A stretch of DNA of 64,000 nucleotides from Candidatus Nomurabacteria bacterium (GTDB lineage Bacteria; Patescibacteriota; Minisyncoccia; Phycocordibacterales; UBA918): positions 496,594-560,593 of the forward strand of contig CP060228.1 in NCBI GenBank assembly GCA_023898565.1, written 5' to 3'. The notes under the pieces were generated by a model. That model did no database searches. It worked only from the letters and a program-made list of their open reading frames with translations, and was not told where the DNA came from. Made by a program: the position numbers and the translations under genes. Every line of letters starts with the position of its first letter. Within the stretch, counting starts at the first letter, position 1. Below, one piece after another: positions 18,906 to 28,063 of the stretch.

Positions 18906-20153
18906 TTATTTGCGACCTAAAATAGAATTAAGGGTGTTCTGACGAACAATCATCCAGGCTGGTAAGAGTCCGGCAAACAGGGTCACAATAAACAGTACCG
19001 TAAAACGTAAGAATGTTTCATCGGGAGGAGCGACCAGCACGCCGTCACTAAACGGAAATTTGATTGGGTTGCGCTCAAAGTATCCAATCAAGAAGCCGTA
19101 GGTGAGCAGGGCACCAAGACCTGAGCCGAGAATGGCGTAAAAGGCTGCTTGCAGAACGTAGGCGATTTCAATAGCGCGACGCTCAATGCCAATGCCTTTG
19201 AGAATCCCGATTTGCTGGCGACGGGAGAGTGCATTGATAAAGATGATGATAAAGATGGTGATTGAAGCCACCACAATGCCAATGGAGCCGATAAAGGTGC
19301 CGAGGAGATTCATGGTGTTTTTAATGTCGGTAATGAACTTCGGTTTTCCTTCATCAAAAGTTTGAATTTTGGCGTAGTTGCTTAATCCACCTGTAACAAG
19401 CGCGTCCTTTACTTGTGTGTCGGTAAACTCTGGTCGGGCTCGGACTACAATAATATCGGCATTTTGGTCAACGCGCCCAAAAAGGCGGCGAAACTCTCGC
19501 TCGGGAATGTAGGTGTTGAGTGATACTTCGTCCACCTTTGATTCAATGATGCCTTTGACGATAAATTCTTTCGATACATCACCGACGGTCAGACGAACGG
19601 TTTCTCCTGGATTGGCTATATTGAGTGTGTCAAAAATGTCACCAAATTTATCTGACGATTCCTGCAGGTAGTAATAGCCTACAAGTATATATCCCTCTTC
19701 GTTAGGGTTGAGATACTCACCGCGTACGACATTTTGACTGAGGTGTGACATATTGTCTTCAAGGAGTGGGTCGATGCCAGTGACGGTTACATTGGCAATA
19801 TCTCGCTCGGCGCTTAAGTCTCGGCGCTCCTTGTAGTTTGCCTCTAAGGTGGCTCCAGCTTGGTAACGCACCGAATATGACTCAATTTCAGGGTAGCTGG
19901 CGAGCTCGCGCAAAACGGTCGGTGTTTCTAAAATATGATCTTCACCCTCTGGTTCTTTGAGAATAATATCGCCAAGTGACTCAGCGCGTACGGCACGTTC
20001 AGCACCAGTGATGAGTCCTACAAGCACACCTGAGACAGCGATCAGATTGAGAAAGGTGAGCATCATCACGAAGATAATAAGCAGCGTTGTCCATTTGTTG
20101 GCTCGCTGGATTTGTCGCCAAGCAAGTAGTGCACCGATGCGAAAGAGCTGCAT
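18906..20153 (-). CDS. ABC transporter permease, FtsX/MacB-type, with a large periplasmic domain
   Basis: N-terminal TM, a periplasmic domain of about 250 aa and a C-terminal 3-TM FtsX-like domain; translationally coupled to the ATPase gene. Confidence 0.8.
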   Translation of the reverse strand: MQLFRIGALLAWRQIQRANKWTTLLIIFVMMLTFLNLIAVSGVLVGLITGAERAVRAESLGDIILKEPEGEDHILETPTVLRELASYPEIESYSVRYQAGATLEANYKERRDLSAERDIANVTVTGIDPLLEDNMSHLSQNVVRGEYLNPNEEGYILVGYYYLQESSDKFGDIFDTLNIANPGETVRLTVGDVSKEFIVKGIIESKVDEVSLNTYIPEREFRRLFGRVDQNADIIVVRARPEFTDTQVKDALVTGGLSNYAKIQTFDEGKPKFITDIKNTMNLLGTFIGSIGIVVASITIFIIIFINALSRRQQIGILKGIGIERRAIEIAYVLQAAFYAILGSGLGALLTYGFLIGYFERNPIKFPFSDGVLVAPPDETFLRFTVLFIVTLFAGLLPAWMIVRQNTLNSILGRK

Positions 20154-20156
20154 AAG

Positions 20157-21662
20157 CTATGGAGCGAGGAGCGTATCTCCTGCAGTTAGGCCAGTAATTG
20201 CCACAAAGCCATCATTGCCTTCTAAAAGAACCTCGATAGTGGTAGAAGCGGTGGTATTGCCGCGCTTGACGAGCACTTCATAGCCAGTAGCTGTTTGGTT
20301 TAAGAAGCGTTTAGGAATACGAAGCACATCGCTTGACTGCGCGGTGATAATTTCAATGTCGGCGTTGAGGCCGCTGCGCATCCATGACGGCAGGTCTGCA
20401 AACTGAATTTTTGCTTCATAGTATGCAACGCCATCTATTTCAGTGGCCTGGGGAGAAATGAAAGTGACGGTGCCGGTTACGATGGTTGCGGGTTGGGCAT
20501 CGAAACGCATCTCGGCAGTTTGACTAGCTACAATCTTACTAATGTCAATTTCTGGCACTCGGGCGGTTACTTCAAACGCATTATCGCCAAGGAGTGTTAC
20601 GATTGGTAGCGTAGAGACGGTCTCTCCCTTGAGAATGTCAATTTCTGTGATCACGCCGTTAAATGGTGCGCGCAGCGAGCGGTCGGAAATAGAAGCGTCG
20701 ATGCGTGCAAGTTGTGCTTCGGCTTGTGTTACCGCTGCTTCAGCGCGGATGACCGCCTCGCTGCGCGCCGGTGCATTTTGGTTGTTTGCGTCAGCCTTAA
20801 CTAGCGCAACTGCTTGTGTCGCCAGTTCAATTGCACTGTTTGCCTGAGTAATCGCTAGACTGTGCGCGTTGCGGTACGTTGTGTATTGCGCTGATTTTTT
20901 ATTGGGAATATCAATGTGCCAGACTGAGTTATTGTAGAAGGATGATGCATTAAATTGAATACGGAGACCGCAAGTACCGAGTGCGATTGGCTGTTCAACA
21001 GATGCGATATATGTGCCCGTTTCTAAGCCAGAGAGACGGTAAGAAAAACCGGAGTCAGCTTTTGAATTGAACACCTCTAATGTATATACACCTTCTGTAT
21101 CACAGACGTAGGTGCCGCGTACCGTCGGGGGCAGCGCGTCTTCGTTTGGGTCATCTGAGTACGCAGATAAATCAGCCGATAGCAGTGCATGGTACGCATT
21201 GCTTACTTTCTGCGCCTCGGTTTCTTTGGTGGTTGCAAGCGCTGCTTCCTTGGAAGCTACTGTTTCAGAGGTCACTTCTCTTGCTGAGCCAGTTGGGCCT
21301 TCAAGCAGTTCGGCCAAATCAGCTCGTGCACGATCAAGTGCAGCGAGAGCGTTTTGGCGATCAGCGTAAAGCGTGCGTGCATCAAGGGTTACGAGCACAT
21401 CGCCGGCTGTTACGATACTGCCGGTCTCGACGAGAACGTTAGTGACAATACCGCCGGCAGGAAACGCAAGCTCAGCGGATTGCTTGGCGGAGGTGACACC
21501 AGAGATAGATACGAGCTGGCGTACGGAGCCTGTTTCCACCGTTGTGGTAATAAGGGTGCTGTCTGTACGTGTGCTTACACTGTGAATCATGTACGCTACA
21601 AAAATAATCACAGCGATAGCTATCACAGTGTATGTAGATTTGGTGTGGAGGAATCGAATCAT
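20157..21662 (-). CDS. HlyD/MacA-family periplasmic adaptor (membrane fusion protein)
   Basis: N-terminal TM helix, a long coiled-coil with Ala/Glu heptads, then a beta-barrel-like C-terminus; operon with the ABC genes. Confidence 0.7.
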   Translation of the reverse strand: MIRFLHTKSTYTVIAIAVIIFVAYMIHSVSTRTDSTLITTTVETGSVRQLVSISGVTSAKQSAELAFPAGGIVTNVLVETGSIVTAGDVLVTLDARTLYADRQNALAALDRARADLAELLEGPTGSAREVTSETVASKEAALATTKETEAQKVSNAYHALLSADLSAYSDDPNEDALPPTVRGTYVCDTEGVYTLEVFNSKADSGFSYRLSGLETGTYIASVEQPIALGTCGLRIQFNASSFYNNSVWHIDIPNKKSAQYTTYRNAHSLAITQANSAIELATQAVALVKADANNQNAPARSEAVIRAEAAVTQAEAQLARIDASISDRSLRAPFNGVITEIDILKGETVSTLPIVTLLGDNAFEVTARVPEIDISKIVASQTAEMRFDAQPATIVTGTVTFISPQATEIDGVAYYEAKIQFADLPSWMRSGLNADIEIITAQSSDVLRIPKRFLNQTATGYEVLVKRGNTTASTTIEVLLEGNDGFVAITGLTAGDTLLAP

Positions 21663-21790
21663 GCTTTCTCCATTGTAGCATTGTTTGTCCGCCCACTTGG
21701 ACTGACCTAGTTATTAAGGAGTGGAACGACTGTAATAACGGAAATACTCTTGTGGTGCGAACCAAGTGTATTGATACGAAAAAAACCCTG

Positions 21791-21863
21791 TCCGCCCACT
21801 TGGACTCGAACCAAGGACCACAGAGGTATAAGCTCTGCGCTCTACCAACTGAGCTATAGGCGG
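21791..21863 (-). tRNA. tRNA with anticodon UAU (predicted tRNA-Ile reading AUA)
   Basis: The minus strand folds as CCGCCUA-UA-GCUC-AGUUGGUA-GAGC-G-CAGAG-CUUAUAC-CUCUG-UGGUC-CUUGG-UUCGAGU-CCAAG-UGGGCGG-A: an Ile-like D-arm, U33, A37 and anticodon UAU in a 7-nt loop. Confidence 0.7.
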
Positions 21864-21891
21864 ACAGGATTTTTTTCTACGTTTGACTTTG

Positions 21892-21912
21892 TACCAACTG
21901 AGCTATAGGCGG
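21892..21912 (-). repeat. 21-nt exact duplicate of the tRNA 5' half (acceptor 5' strand plus D-arm), 29 nt upstream of the tRNA gene
   Basis: TACCAACTGAGCTATAGGCGG occurs at 21843-21863 inside the tRNA and again at 21892-21912. Confidence 0.6.
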
Positions 21913-22176
21913 GTTGGTGTCCCACACTATAGCGCAATCTGGGTAGTCAAACAAACAAGCAAGGCTTTACTTTTGCTCAAGTTTTTTGTTTACTAATAAG
22001 CGGACGATCCTGTCCTAAACATTAAGGGGATTCCCATGAGTACGCAAAAAGGTGGCTGCAGCTGTGCCCAGTTCAACACCAAACTCATGTGAAAGGAGGT
22101 GATCCATATCTTAGGGGCGCCTTGCTCATACTGTGAGCATGAGATGCTACCAAGTGAGGTTTACCGCCTCAGGACT

Positions 22177-22202
22177 GCCGCGCAATAGCGCGGCTTTTTT
22201 TT
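22177..22202 (+). terminator. Orphan plus-strand intrinsic terminator (no annotated upstream plus-strand CDS)
   Basis: GCCGCGCAATAGCGCGGC followed by TTTTTTTT. Confidence 0.65.
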
Positions 22203-22279
22203 AACATTTTCACCTGCAACTGTTGCGTCACTGGTATAATTTTGCTTTGATGGAGGCAGATTTTGTGGAGGGTGTGATC

Positions 22280-22561
22280 ATGAATAAGTATCTTCCTCAG
22301 TACACCAGTGCCCAGTTGGCCGCAGCAAAAGCGTGGGTAGCATCACAAGGTCATTTATTCTGGCCGCTGCCTAATTCTGGTTATATCAGACAAATCACGT
22401 ATGAGCTCGATGGTTCTGTCTTTGGTACACACGTGCTCGGTTGGTATGCGTTATTTAATTCATACGGAGGGTTTATCTGTGTGATGGAAGATGAGTCAGA
22501 CGTTACGGCCAGTGCAAAACAGGAAGGGTTTGACGAGTTGATCTATGAAGATCATGAATAA
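22280..22561 (+). CDS. Hypothetical protein
   Basis: SD GGAGGG 7 nt before ATG (MNKYLPQY); a -10 TATAAT lies upstream and a terminator hairpin downstream. Confidence 0.4.
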   Translation: MNKYLPQYTSAQLAAAKAWVASQGHLFWPLPNSGYIRQITYELDGSVFGTHVLGWYALFNSYGGFICVMEDESDVTASAKQEGFDELIYEDHE

Positions 22562-22564
22562 GAC

Positions 22565-22590
22565 AAGACGGCGCGTACGCGCCGTCTTTT
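22565..22590 (+). terminator. Intrinsic terminator
   Basis: AAGACGGCGCGTACGCGCCGTCTT followed by TT. Confidence 0.55.
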
Positions 22591-22706
22591 AATTATTCCA
22601 TATGGAGCACTTCGCCTAAGCGCGCGACTTTTTCTTGCGCGACCAATTTTTAAGGAGAGTTTACTCGACTATAAAAATGGAAGTACTCTTGGGGTAATGA
22701 GCGGAA

Positions 22707-24914
22707 CTATTCGAGGTGTAGTGAGTCTTGTAACCTGCTTAATTTTTCATGTATCAGAGGGAAATTCTTAGCGATGTCGGCATGTGTCTCCACAAGGTGC
22801 TGCGCTTCTTTGCGGGCCGCTTCTACGAGCTTGAGGTTGCGAATTGCTTCCATGCCGAGGTCGGAGAGGCCGCTTTGCTTACCGCCATAGAGTTCGCCCG
22901 AGCCACGGAACTGCAGGTCGTGCTCGGCAAGCTCAAAGCCGTTTTTGGCGGTCGCGAGCGCTTTGAGTCGGTCGCGGGTCTTGTCGCTTTTTGAGTCGGT
23001 CACCGCAAAACAGTATGGCTGGTGCGTACCGCGCACCACACGGCCACGGAGCTGGTGAAGTTGCGCCAAGCCAAAACGCTCAGCACCTTCAATGATAATG
23101 TTGGTGGCGTTTGGTACATTGACACCCACTTCCACTACGCTTGTTGCTACCAAGATATCTATCTTATGTTCTGAGAAGTCTTTCATGACCGCATCTTTTT
23201 CAGCCGGGGTCATCTTGCCGTGGAGCGGTTTGATGCGCCAGTTTTTAAACACGTCTTTCTTCAGGCGTTTTGCTTCTGCAATAACGCTTTTCATATTGAT
23301 AGCGCGCTCTTCGTCGGGATCTGGTTCGTCGATGCGGGGGCAGATGACGTAGGCTTGCCGGCCGGCCGCCAGCTCGCTTTCGATGTGGTCGTACATTTCG
23401 GTGCTTTGCCCTGGGCCGACGATAGTTGTAATAACTGGCTTGCGGCCGGCCGGCATTTGGTCGAGGAGCGAAATATCTAGATCGCCGTAAATAGTGAGGG
23501 CGAGGGTGCGGGGAATCGGGGTGGCCGTCATCGAGAGGAGGTGTGGTAGACGTGCGTCTTTCTTGGCGAGCTTCTTGCGCTGATTGGTGCCGAAGCGGTG
23601 TTGCTCGTCGATGATGACGTACGCGAGGTGTTTAAACTCGACGCTTTTATAAATCAGCGCGTGCGTACCAATGAGAATTGGTATTTCGCCATTGTGTACC
23701 CACTTCAGGAGCTGTGCTTTGCTGATTTTGGTCGGCTTAGTAGGGTCGCTCTTTGAAGGGAACTTCATGCAGCCAGAACCAGTAATGAGGCCGATTTGAA
23801 TTGGCAGGTGTTTGAAGTATTCGATAAAACTCTCAAAGTGTTGCTTGGCGAGGATTTCGGTAGGAGCCATGTACGCCACTTGGAGATTGCCGTATTCGAT
23901 TTTTTTATCCATGCCTTCTGGTGGGCGCGAAGTGGCGACGGCGTAGGCGGTCGTGGCAGCTACAGCAGTTTTGCCTGAACCTACATCACCTTCAAGGAGG
24001 CGGCTCATCGCGTGATTGCCGACAAAGTCTTGCAGCACTGTGTCGATGGCATCACTTTGGGCGGCAGTGAGTGCAAACGGGAAGCGTGAGGTAAAGGCTT
24101 CAAGGTGCGGACGAGAGGTCTTGATGGTATAGGTCTGCGCGGCGCTCACTGCCGCCCGCTCCTCGGCTTTCTGTACCTGAATATAAAATACCTCTTCAAA
24201 TGCAAAACGCTTCCGGGCGCTTTCGGCGTGTTCGGCTTTCTTGGGGGAGTGTACCCAGACGAGGGCGGTCTTGAGTTCAGGGAGATTGTACTTCTTGAGG
24301 ATGGCGCTTGGAATTGGGTCGAGAATAGTGTCGAGCGCGCCTTTTTCAAAAAGCTTTAGAGCGGTGTGATACAGCCAGCGACTGGTGAGACCCTTCGTCT
24401 CTCGGTAGATAGGGTAGAGGGTGTCGTCTTGCTCGGTAGTGCCGGCAAAGATGCTGTCGTGGCGGTCGATCGGGAGTGAGTCGAGCGGCTCAACCTCCGG
24501 GTTGCTGAGATACAGCTTGCCAGCACTCCCCGCAACTTTGCCGGCTAGCTTCACAAACATGCCATCTTGATACATTTTGGCAATGTATGGCTGGTTGAAC
24601 CACATAATTTTCATTTTGGCCGAGCTGTCCTCTACATAACCCTCCGCGATTGGCTTACGGCTCTTCCAAGCTTTGCGGGTCTTAAGGCCTGAGAGTTGCC
24701 CAAAGACAACGGCGTCTTGACCTTTCTCGAGTCCGCCGACTGACTGCACGTCTGAAATATTTTCGTATCTCGCGGGTAGGTAATAGAGCAGGTCACCGAC
24801 AGTTGCAATGCCAACCCGCTTGAGGGCTTTTTGGTGATTGATGTCTATTCGAACGTGGGTCTGTAGTGGGTCAGAGATACGCATAAAAACCAATTGTACC
24901 GCACCAAAACGCAC
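22707..24914 (-). CDS. recG: ATP-dependent DNA helicase RecG
   Basis: N-terminal wedge-region signature (GIATVGDLLYYLPARYEN), helicase motif I GDVGSGKTAVA, motif II IIDEQHRFG and C-terminal helicase motifs; 735 aa. Confidence 0.85.
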   Translation of the reverse strand: MRFGAVQLVFMRISDPLQTHVRIDINHQKALKRVGIATVGDLLYYLPARYENISDVQSVGGLEKGQDAVVFGQLSGLKTRKAWKSRKPIAEGYVEDSSAKMKIMWFNQPYIAKMYQDGMFVKLAGKVAGSAGKLYLSNPEVEPLDSLPIDRHDSIFAGTTEQDDTLYPIYRETKGLTSRWLYHTALKLFEKGALDTILDPIPSAILKKYNLPELKTALVWVHSPKKAEHAESARKRFAFEEVFYIQVQKAEERAAVSAAQTYTIKTSRPHLEAFTSRFPFALTAAQSDAIDTVLQDFVGNHAMSRLLEGDVGSGKTAVAATTAYAVATSRPPEGMDKKIEYGNLQVAYMAPTEILAKQHFESFIEYFKHLPIQIGLITGSGCMKFPSKSDPTKPTKISKAQLLKWVHNGEIPILIGTHALIYKSVEFKHLAYVIIDEQHRFGTNQRKKLAKKDARLPHLLSMTATPIPRTLALTIYGDLDISLLDQMPAGRKPVITTIVGPGQSTEMYDHIESELAAGRQAYVICPRIDEPDPDEERAINMKSVIAEAKRLKKDVFKNWRIKPLHGKMTPAEKDAVMKDFSEHKIDILVATSVVEVGVNVPNATNIIIEGAERFGLAQLHQLRGRVVRGTHQPYCFAVTDSKSDKTRDRLKALATAKNGFELAEHDLQFRGSGELYGGKQSGLSDLGMEAIRNLKLVEAARKEAQHLVETHADIAKNFPLIHEKLSRLQDSLHLE

Positions 24915-25025
24915 CAGACCATCACAAGGTATTGATTTATTTTGACTTTTGTGTTACTATCTTAGTCGGATGTGGATGGCCAGTCGGCTGTCTTTTTTTG
25001 TGGGCAACTTTACGGAGGATATCCA

Positions 25026-25616
25026 ATGAAGCTCATGAAGCAAATGCTGGCCCTCCTGGCCGGACTCTCGTTCATCAACATGGCGCATGCGCTTCCGGTT
25101 CTGGAAGTGCACAATGGCGACACCTTTGATTACGTTCAAGGGACTAGCTATAACTTCGTGGCAAATCTCACGCAGGAAGACTACAAGTTCTCCTTCGGGG
25201 TTCGGAATTTTTGTCTGGAAGGAGCGATTCCGTCGCCGGCAACGTGCGGAGAGCTTGACGTCACCATCTCGGCACCGGAAGGCATGGACCTTTTCGTGGC
25301 TTACACCACAGGCCTCGACTTCGGTGGTACATACCTCGGTTATCCGATCGAGTATGGTGCGCCGGGCTTGCTCCCCGGGGGTGAGACCTACGTGTTCACC
25401 ATCGGTGGCACGCTTCGTCCGTCGGAGCTCCACGCAGTCGGTCTTTGGGTGCTTGATCCGAGCGTCTTGCCGGAAGGTGGTTATCCGGTCGGCTCGATCT
25501 ATCAAGGCAACATCGACTTGCCGCCCGTTTCTTCGGTGCCGGAACCCGGTTCGCTGGCGCTCATGCTGACTGGCCTCGGCCTGCTCGGTGTGACGGCGCG
25601 TCGCCGCAAAGTCTGA
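25026..25616 (+). CDS. PEP-CTERM-domain secreted protein (putative exosortase substrate)
   Basis: Signal peptide MKLMKQMLALLAGLSFINMAHA and C-terminal VPEPGSLALMLTGLGLLGVTARRRKV (PEP motif, TM helix, Arg-rich tail). SD GGAGGA 7 nt before ATG. Confidence 0.7.
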   Translation: MKLMKQMLALLAGLSFINMAHALPVLEVHNGDTFDYVQGTSYNFVANLTQEDYKFSFGVRNFCLEGAIPSPATCGELDVTISAPEGMDLFVAYTTGLDFGGTYLGYPIEYGAPGLLPGGETYVFTIGGTLRPSELHAVGLWVLDPSVLPEGGYPVGSIYQGNIDLPPVSSVPEPGSLALMLTGLGLLGVTARRRKV

Positions 25617-25621
25617 CCGTC

Positions 25622-25676
25622 CAGCGGCTCTAGCCGCTGTTTCAACAGCAAGGATTCGTCCTTGCTGTTTTTTTGT
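25622..25676 (+). terminator. Tandem hairpins plus T-run
   Basis: CAGCGGCTCTAGCCGCTG, and CAGCAAGGATTCGTCCTTGCTG followed by TTTTTTT. Confidence 0.6.
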
Positions 25677-25758
25677 TTCAATAATTTGCTGCTTTAATTG
25701 AGTGGCGTATACTACTCATTACGCTTCAGTTTTAATAATTCACAAAGTAAACTTACAC

Positions 25759-26916
25759 ATGCCTACCAAAAAACCAGACTACAACAAACTCGCACTCGCC
25801 TTACATAAAAAGTTGAAGGGAAAGATTGAAGTAGTGACTAAAGGTCCGCTAAAGACCAAAACTGATTGGAGTACGATGTATTCCCCTGGGGTAGGGGCGG
25901 TATCTTCGCATCTGGCTAAGAAGCCGCAAGAGGCACGTGACTATACCATGAAGCGTAACACCGTCGCGGTGGTGAGTGATGGTTCGGCGGTCTTGGGTCT
26001 TGGTAATCTTGGTGCGATTCCTGCGCTGCCGGTGATGGAAGGGAAGGCGGCAATTTTTAAAGCAATGGCTAATATTGATGCAGTACCGATTGTGCTCGAT
26101 ACGCAAGAACCAGAAGAAATTATTCGAATTGTAAAAGCGATTGCGCCTGGGTTTGGAGGGATTAATCTCGAAGATATTGCGGCGCCGAAGTGTTTTGAAA
26201 TTGAAACAAGGCTTAAGGCGGAACTTCAGATTCCAGTGATGCATGATGACCAACACGGGACAGCGATTGTGGTATTGGCCGGCCTTATCAATGCAGCGAA
26301 GGTGGTAGAGAAAAAGTTTGATGCGCTGAAGGTGGTGGTGGTTGGTGCTGGTGCGGCCGGCCGGGCAATTTCGCTTCTTTTGTCTCAGGCGGGAGTAGGT
26401 GAGGTAATTGTGGTTGATTCGAAAGGGGCGATTTACGAAGGTCGCCCAGGACTTGAAGGGTACAAAAAAGATCTCGCGAAGGTAACGAATCAAAGTAAGC
26501 TTAGTGGCGATGTGATGCAGGTGGTAGATGGGGCTGATGTGATTGTGGGAGTGTCGGGGCCGGGGACGATTGCAAAGGCACACATTGAAGCTATGTCACA
26601 CCAGCCGATTGTGTTTGCACTCGCCAATCCGATTCCAGAAATTATGCCCGAAGATGCCAAGCGGGCTGGGGCAGCGGTGGTGGCGACTGGTCGCTCAGAT
26701 TATCCTAATCAAATCAATAACTCGCTCGCATTCCCAGGGGTGTTCCGTGGTGCGCTCGATAAAGGTGTGACTGGTATTACTGACGAAATGAAAATGGCTG
26801 CTGCCAAGAAGATTGCTGGACTGATTAAGAAGCCAACGGCTGAAATGGTGATTCCGCCAGTGATGACCCCAGGGCTGGTTAAGACAGTGGCGAGTGCAAT
26901 TAAGAAAGAGAAGTAA
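25759..26916 (+). CDS. NAD(P)-dependent malic enzyme (short, MaeB N-terminal-like form)
   Basis: Malic-enzyme N-terminal and NAD-binding regions: VYSPGVG..., GAIPALPVMEGKAAIFK, VVVVGAGAAGRAI. Confidence 0.85.
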   Translation: MPTKKPDYNKLALALHKKLKGKIEVVTKGPLKTKTDWSTMYSPGVGAVSSHLAKKPQEARDYTMKRNTVAVVSDGSAVLGLGNLGAIPALPVMEGKAAIFKAMANIDAVPIVLDTQEPEEIIRIVKAIAPGFGGINLEDIAAPKCFEIETRLKAELQIPVMHDDQHGTAIVVLAGLINAAKVVEKKFDALKVVVVGAGAAGRAISLLLSQAGVGEVIVVDSKGAIYEGRPGLEGYKKDLAKVTNQSKLSGDVMQVVDGADVIVGVSGPGTIAKAHIEAMSHQPIVFALANPIPEIMPEDAKRAGAAVVATGRSDYPNQINNSLAFPGVFRGALDKGVTGITDEMKMAAAKKIAGLIKKPTAEMVIPPVMTPGLVKTVASAIKKEK

Positions 26917-26966
26917 AAAAGCGCAAAAGGCGCGGCGAGCGAAGCTCGCCGCGCCTTTTGCGCTTT
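26915..26966 (+). terminator. Long GC-rich hairpin flanked by A-run and T-run
   Basis: AAAAAAGCGCAAAAGGCGCGGCGAGCGAAGCTCGCCGCGCCTTTTGCGCTTT. Confidence 0.65.
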
Positions 26967-27023
26967 ACGCCCACCCGCTTTCCTGTATGCTGACAGGGGT
27001 TTGTTTTTTTGAGGGAGAAAACC

Positions 27024-27887
27024 ATGCACACCAGAAATATTTCCTGGGCATCGGTGGTTGATGTAGTGGTATTACACACGCTGGGTTTGTGGGGCTTGTG
27101 GTATGCATTTGCGTACGCAAGCGGTTCGATTATTACGCTCGCGGTGGTGTGGTATGTGCTCGGCGGTCTTGGTGTCACGGTAGGGGCACATCGCTACTTC
27201 ACACATCAGGCATTTGTGCCGCGTACGTACCTTGCGTACGCACTGGCGATACTCTTTGCTTCTACCGGACAGGGTACGTTGCGCGACTGGGCAGCCAGGC
27301 ATTTGCAGCATCATGGCAATTCCGATGTGTCGGGGAAAGATCCACACTCGCCGGTAGATGGCTTCTGGCATGCGCATATGGGATGGATTTTGAAGCATGA
27401 CTCATTGCGTATTGAAGAAGTGTACAAGCTAGCGACGTACGGCAGTGATCTCAGGCGTCGAGTAGTCGATTGGGAGGCCCGGCACCATAAAGTGTTGGTG
27501 GTATCGATGGTGTTTGGGTTGCCGCTATTTCTTGGGCTGCTCTGTGGTGATGTGCTTGGCGGCTTCTTGGTGATTGGGTTTGCGCGACTTCTGGTGCTCT
27601 CACACAGCATCTGGTCGGTCAATTCCTTTGGTCATCGCTTTGGCGCCAAGACCAAGGCCGGAAGTCTCTCGCGCAATTACGGTAACCTGTTCCACGTGCC
27701 ATTCTTCGCCATTCTTACCCTTGGTGAGGCGTGGCATAGCAATCATCACGATGCGCCGCGAGATTGGAATCTGGGTAAAAAAATGACGGAGATTGATATC
27801 GGTGCCATGAGTATCTGGCTGCTTCACAAGCTCGGCTGGGTGCAATTTGCCTCTGACATACAGCCTCCGGGGTGTCGCCACGAGTAA
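27024..27887 (+). CDS. Membrane fatty-acid desaturase, Delta9 acyl-CoA/acyl-lipid desaturase family
   Basis: Three His boxes, HRYFTH, HLQHHGNSD and HSNHHDAP, in the Delta9-type order and spacing; four hydrophobic helices. SD GGGAG before the MHTRN Met. Confidence 0.8.
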   Translation: MHTRNISWASVVDVVVLHTLGLWGLWYAFAYASGSIITLAVVWYVLGGLGVTVGAHRYFTHQAFVPRTYLAYALAILFASTGQGTLRDWAARHLQHHGNSDVSGKDPHSPVDGFWHAHMGWILKHDSLRIEEVYKLATYGSDLRRRVVDWEARHHKVLVVSMVFGLPLFLGLLCGDVLGGFLVIGFARLLVLSHSIWSVNSFGHRFGAKTKAGSLSRNYGNLFHVPFFAILTLGEAWHSNHHDAPRDWNLGKKMTEIDIGAMSIWLLHKLGWVQFASDIQPPGCRHE

Positions 27888-27909
27888 CTTCGTGCGGTCT
27901 CACTTCGCT

Positions 27910-27943
27910 GCGGCGCCCATTTCATGGGCGCCGCTTTTCTTTG
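27910..27943 (+). terminator. Intrinsic terminator
   Basis: GCGGCGCCCATTTCATGGGCGCCGC followed by TTTTCTTTG. Confidence 0.65.
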
Positions 27944-28063
27944 CCTCACCCCCAAGATGTGGTATCCTAGCAGGCACAAAATTACATAATTTTGAACGAA
28001 GAACAGTGGTCGAAAGCATTTCTGATTACTTACGTAGAGAACAATAGAAGTGTAAAAAGAGTA

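Noticed and set aside
22095-22110. AAAGGAGGTGATCCA, identical to the reverse complement of the 16S rRNA 3' terminus
   Set aside because: Only about 14 nt match. The flanking sequence does not continue as 16S (no ACCGCAGGTTCCCCTACGG), so this is not an rRNA gene. It is more likely an SD-like or anti-SD element within the candidate leader RNA.
24957-25505. 182-aa minus-strand ORF overlapping the PEP-CTERM gene
   Set aside because: Antisense to a well-supported CDS with a signal peptide and PEP-CTERM tail; it is GC-rich-frame noise.
25849-26583. 244-aa minus-strand ORF
   Set aside because: Antisense overlap with the malic enzyme gene; Arg/His/Pro-rich composition typical of a GC-rich antisense frame.
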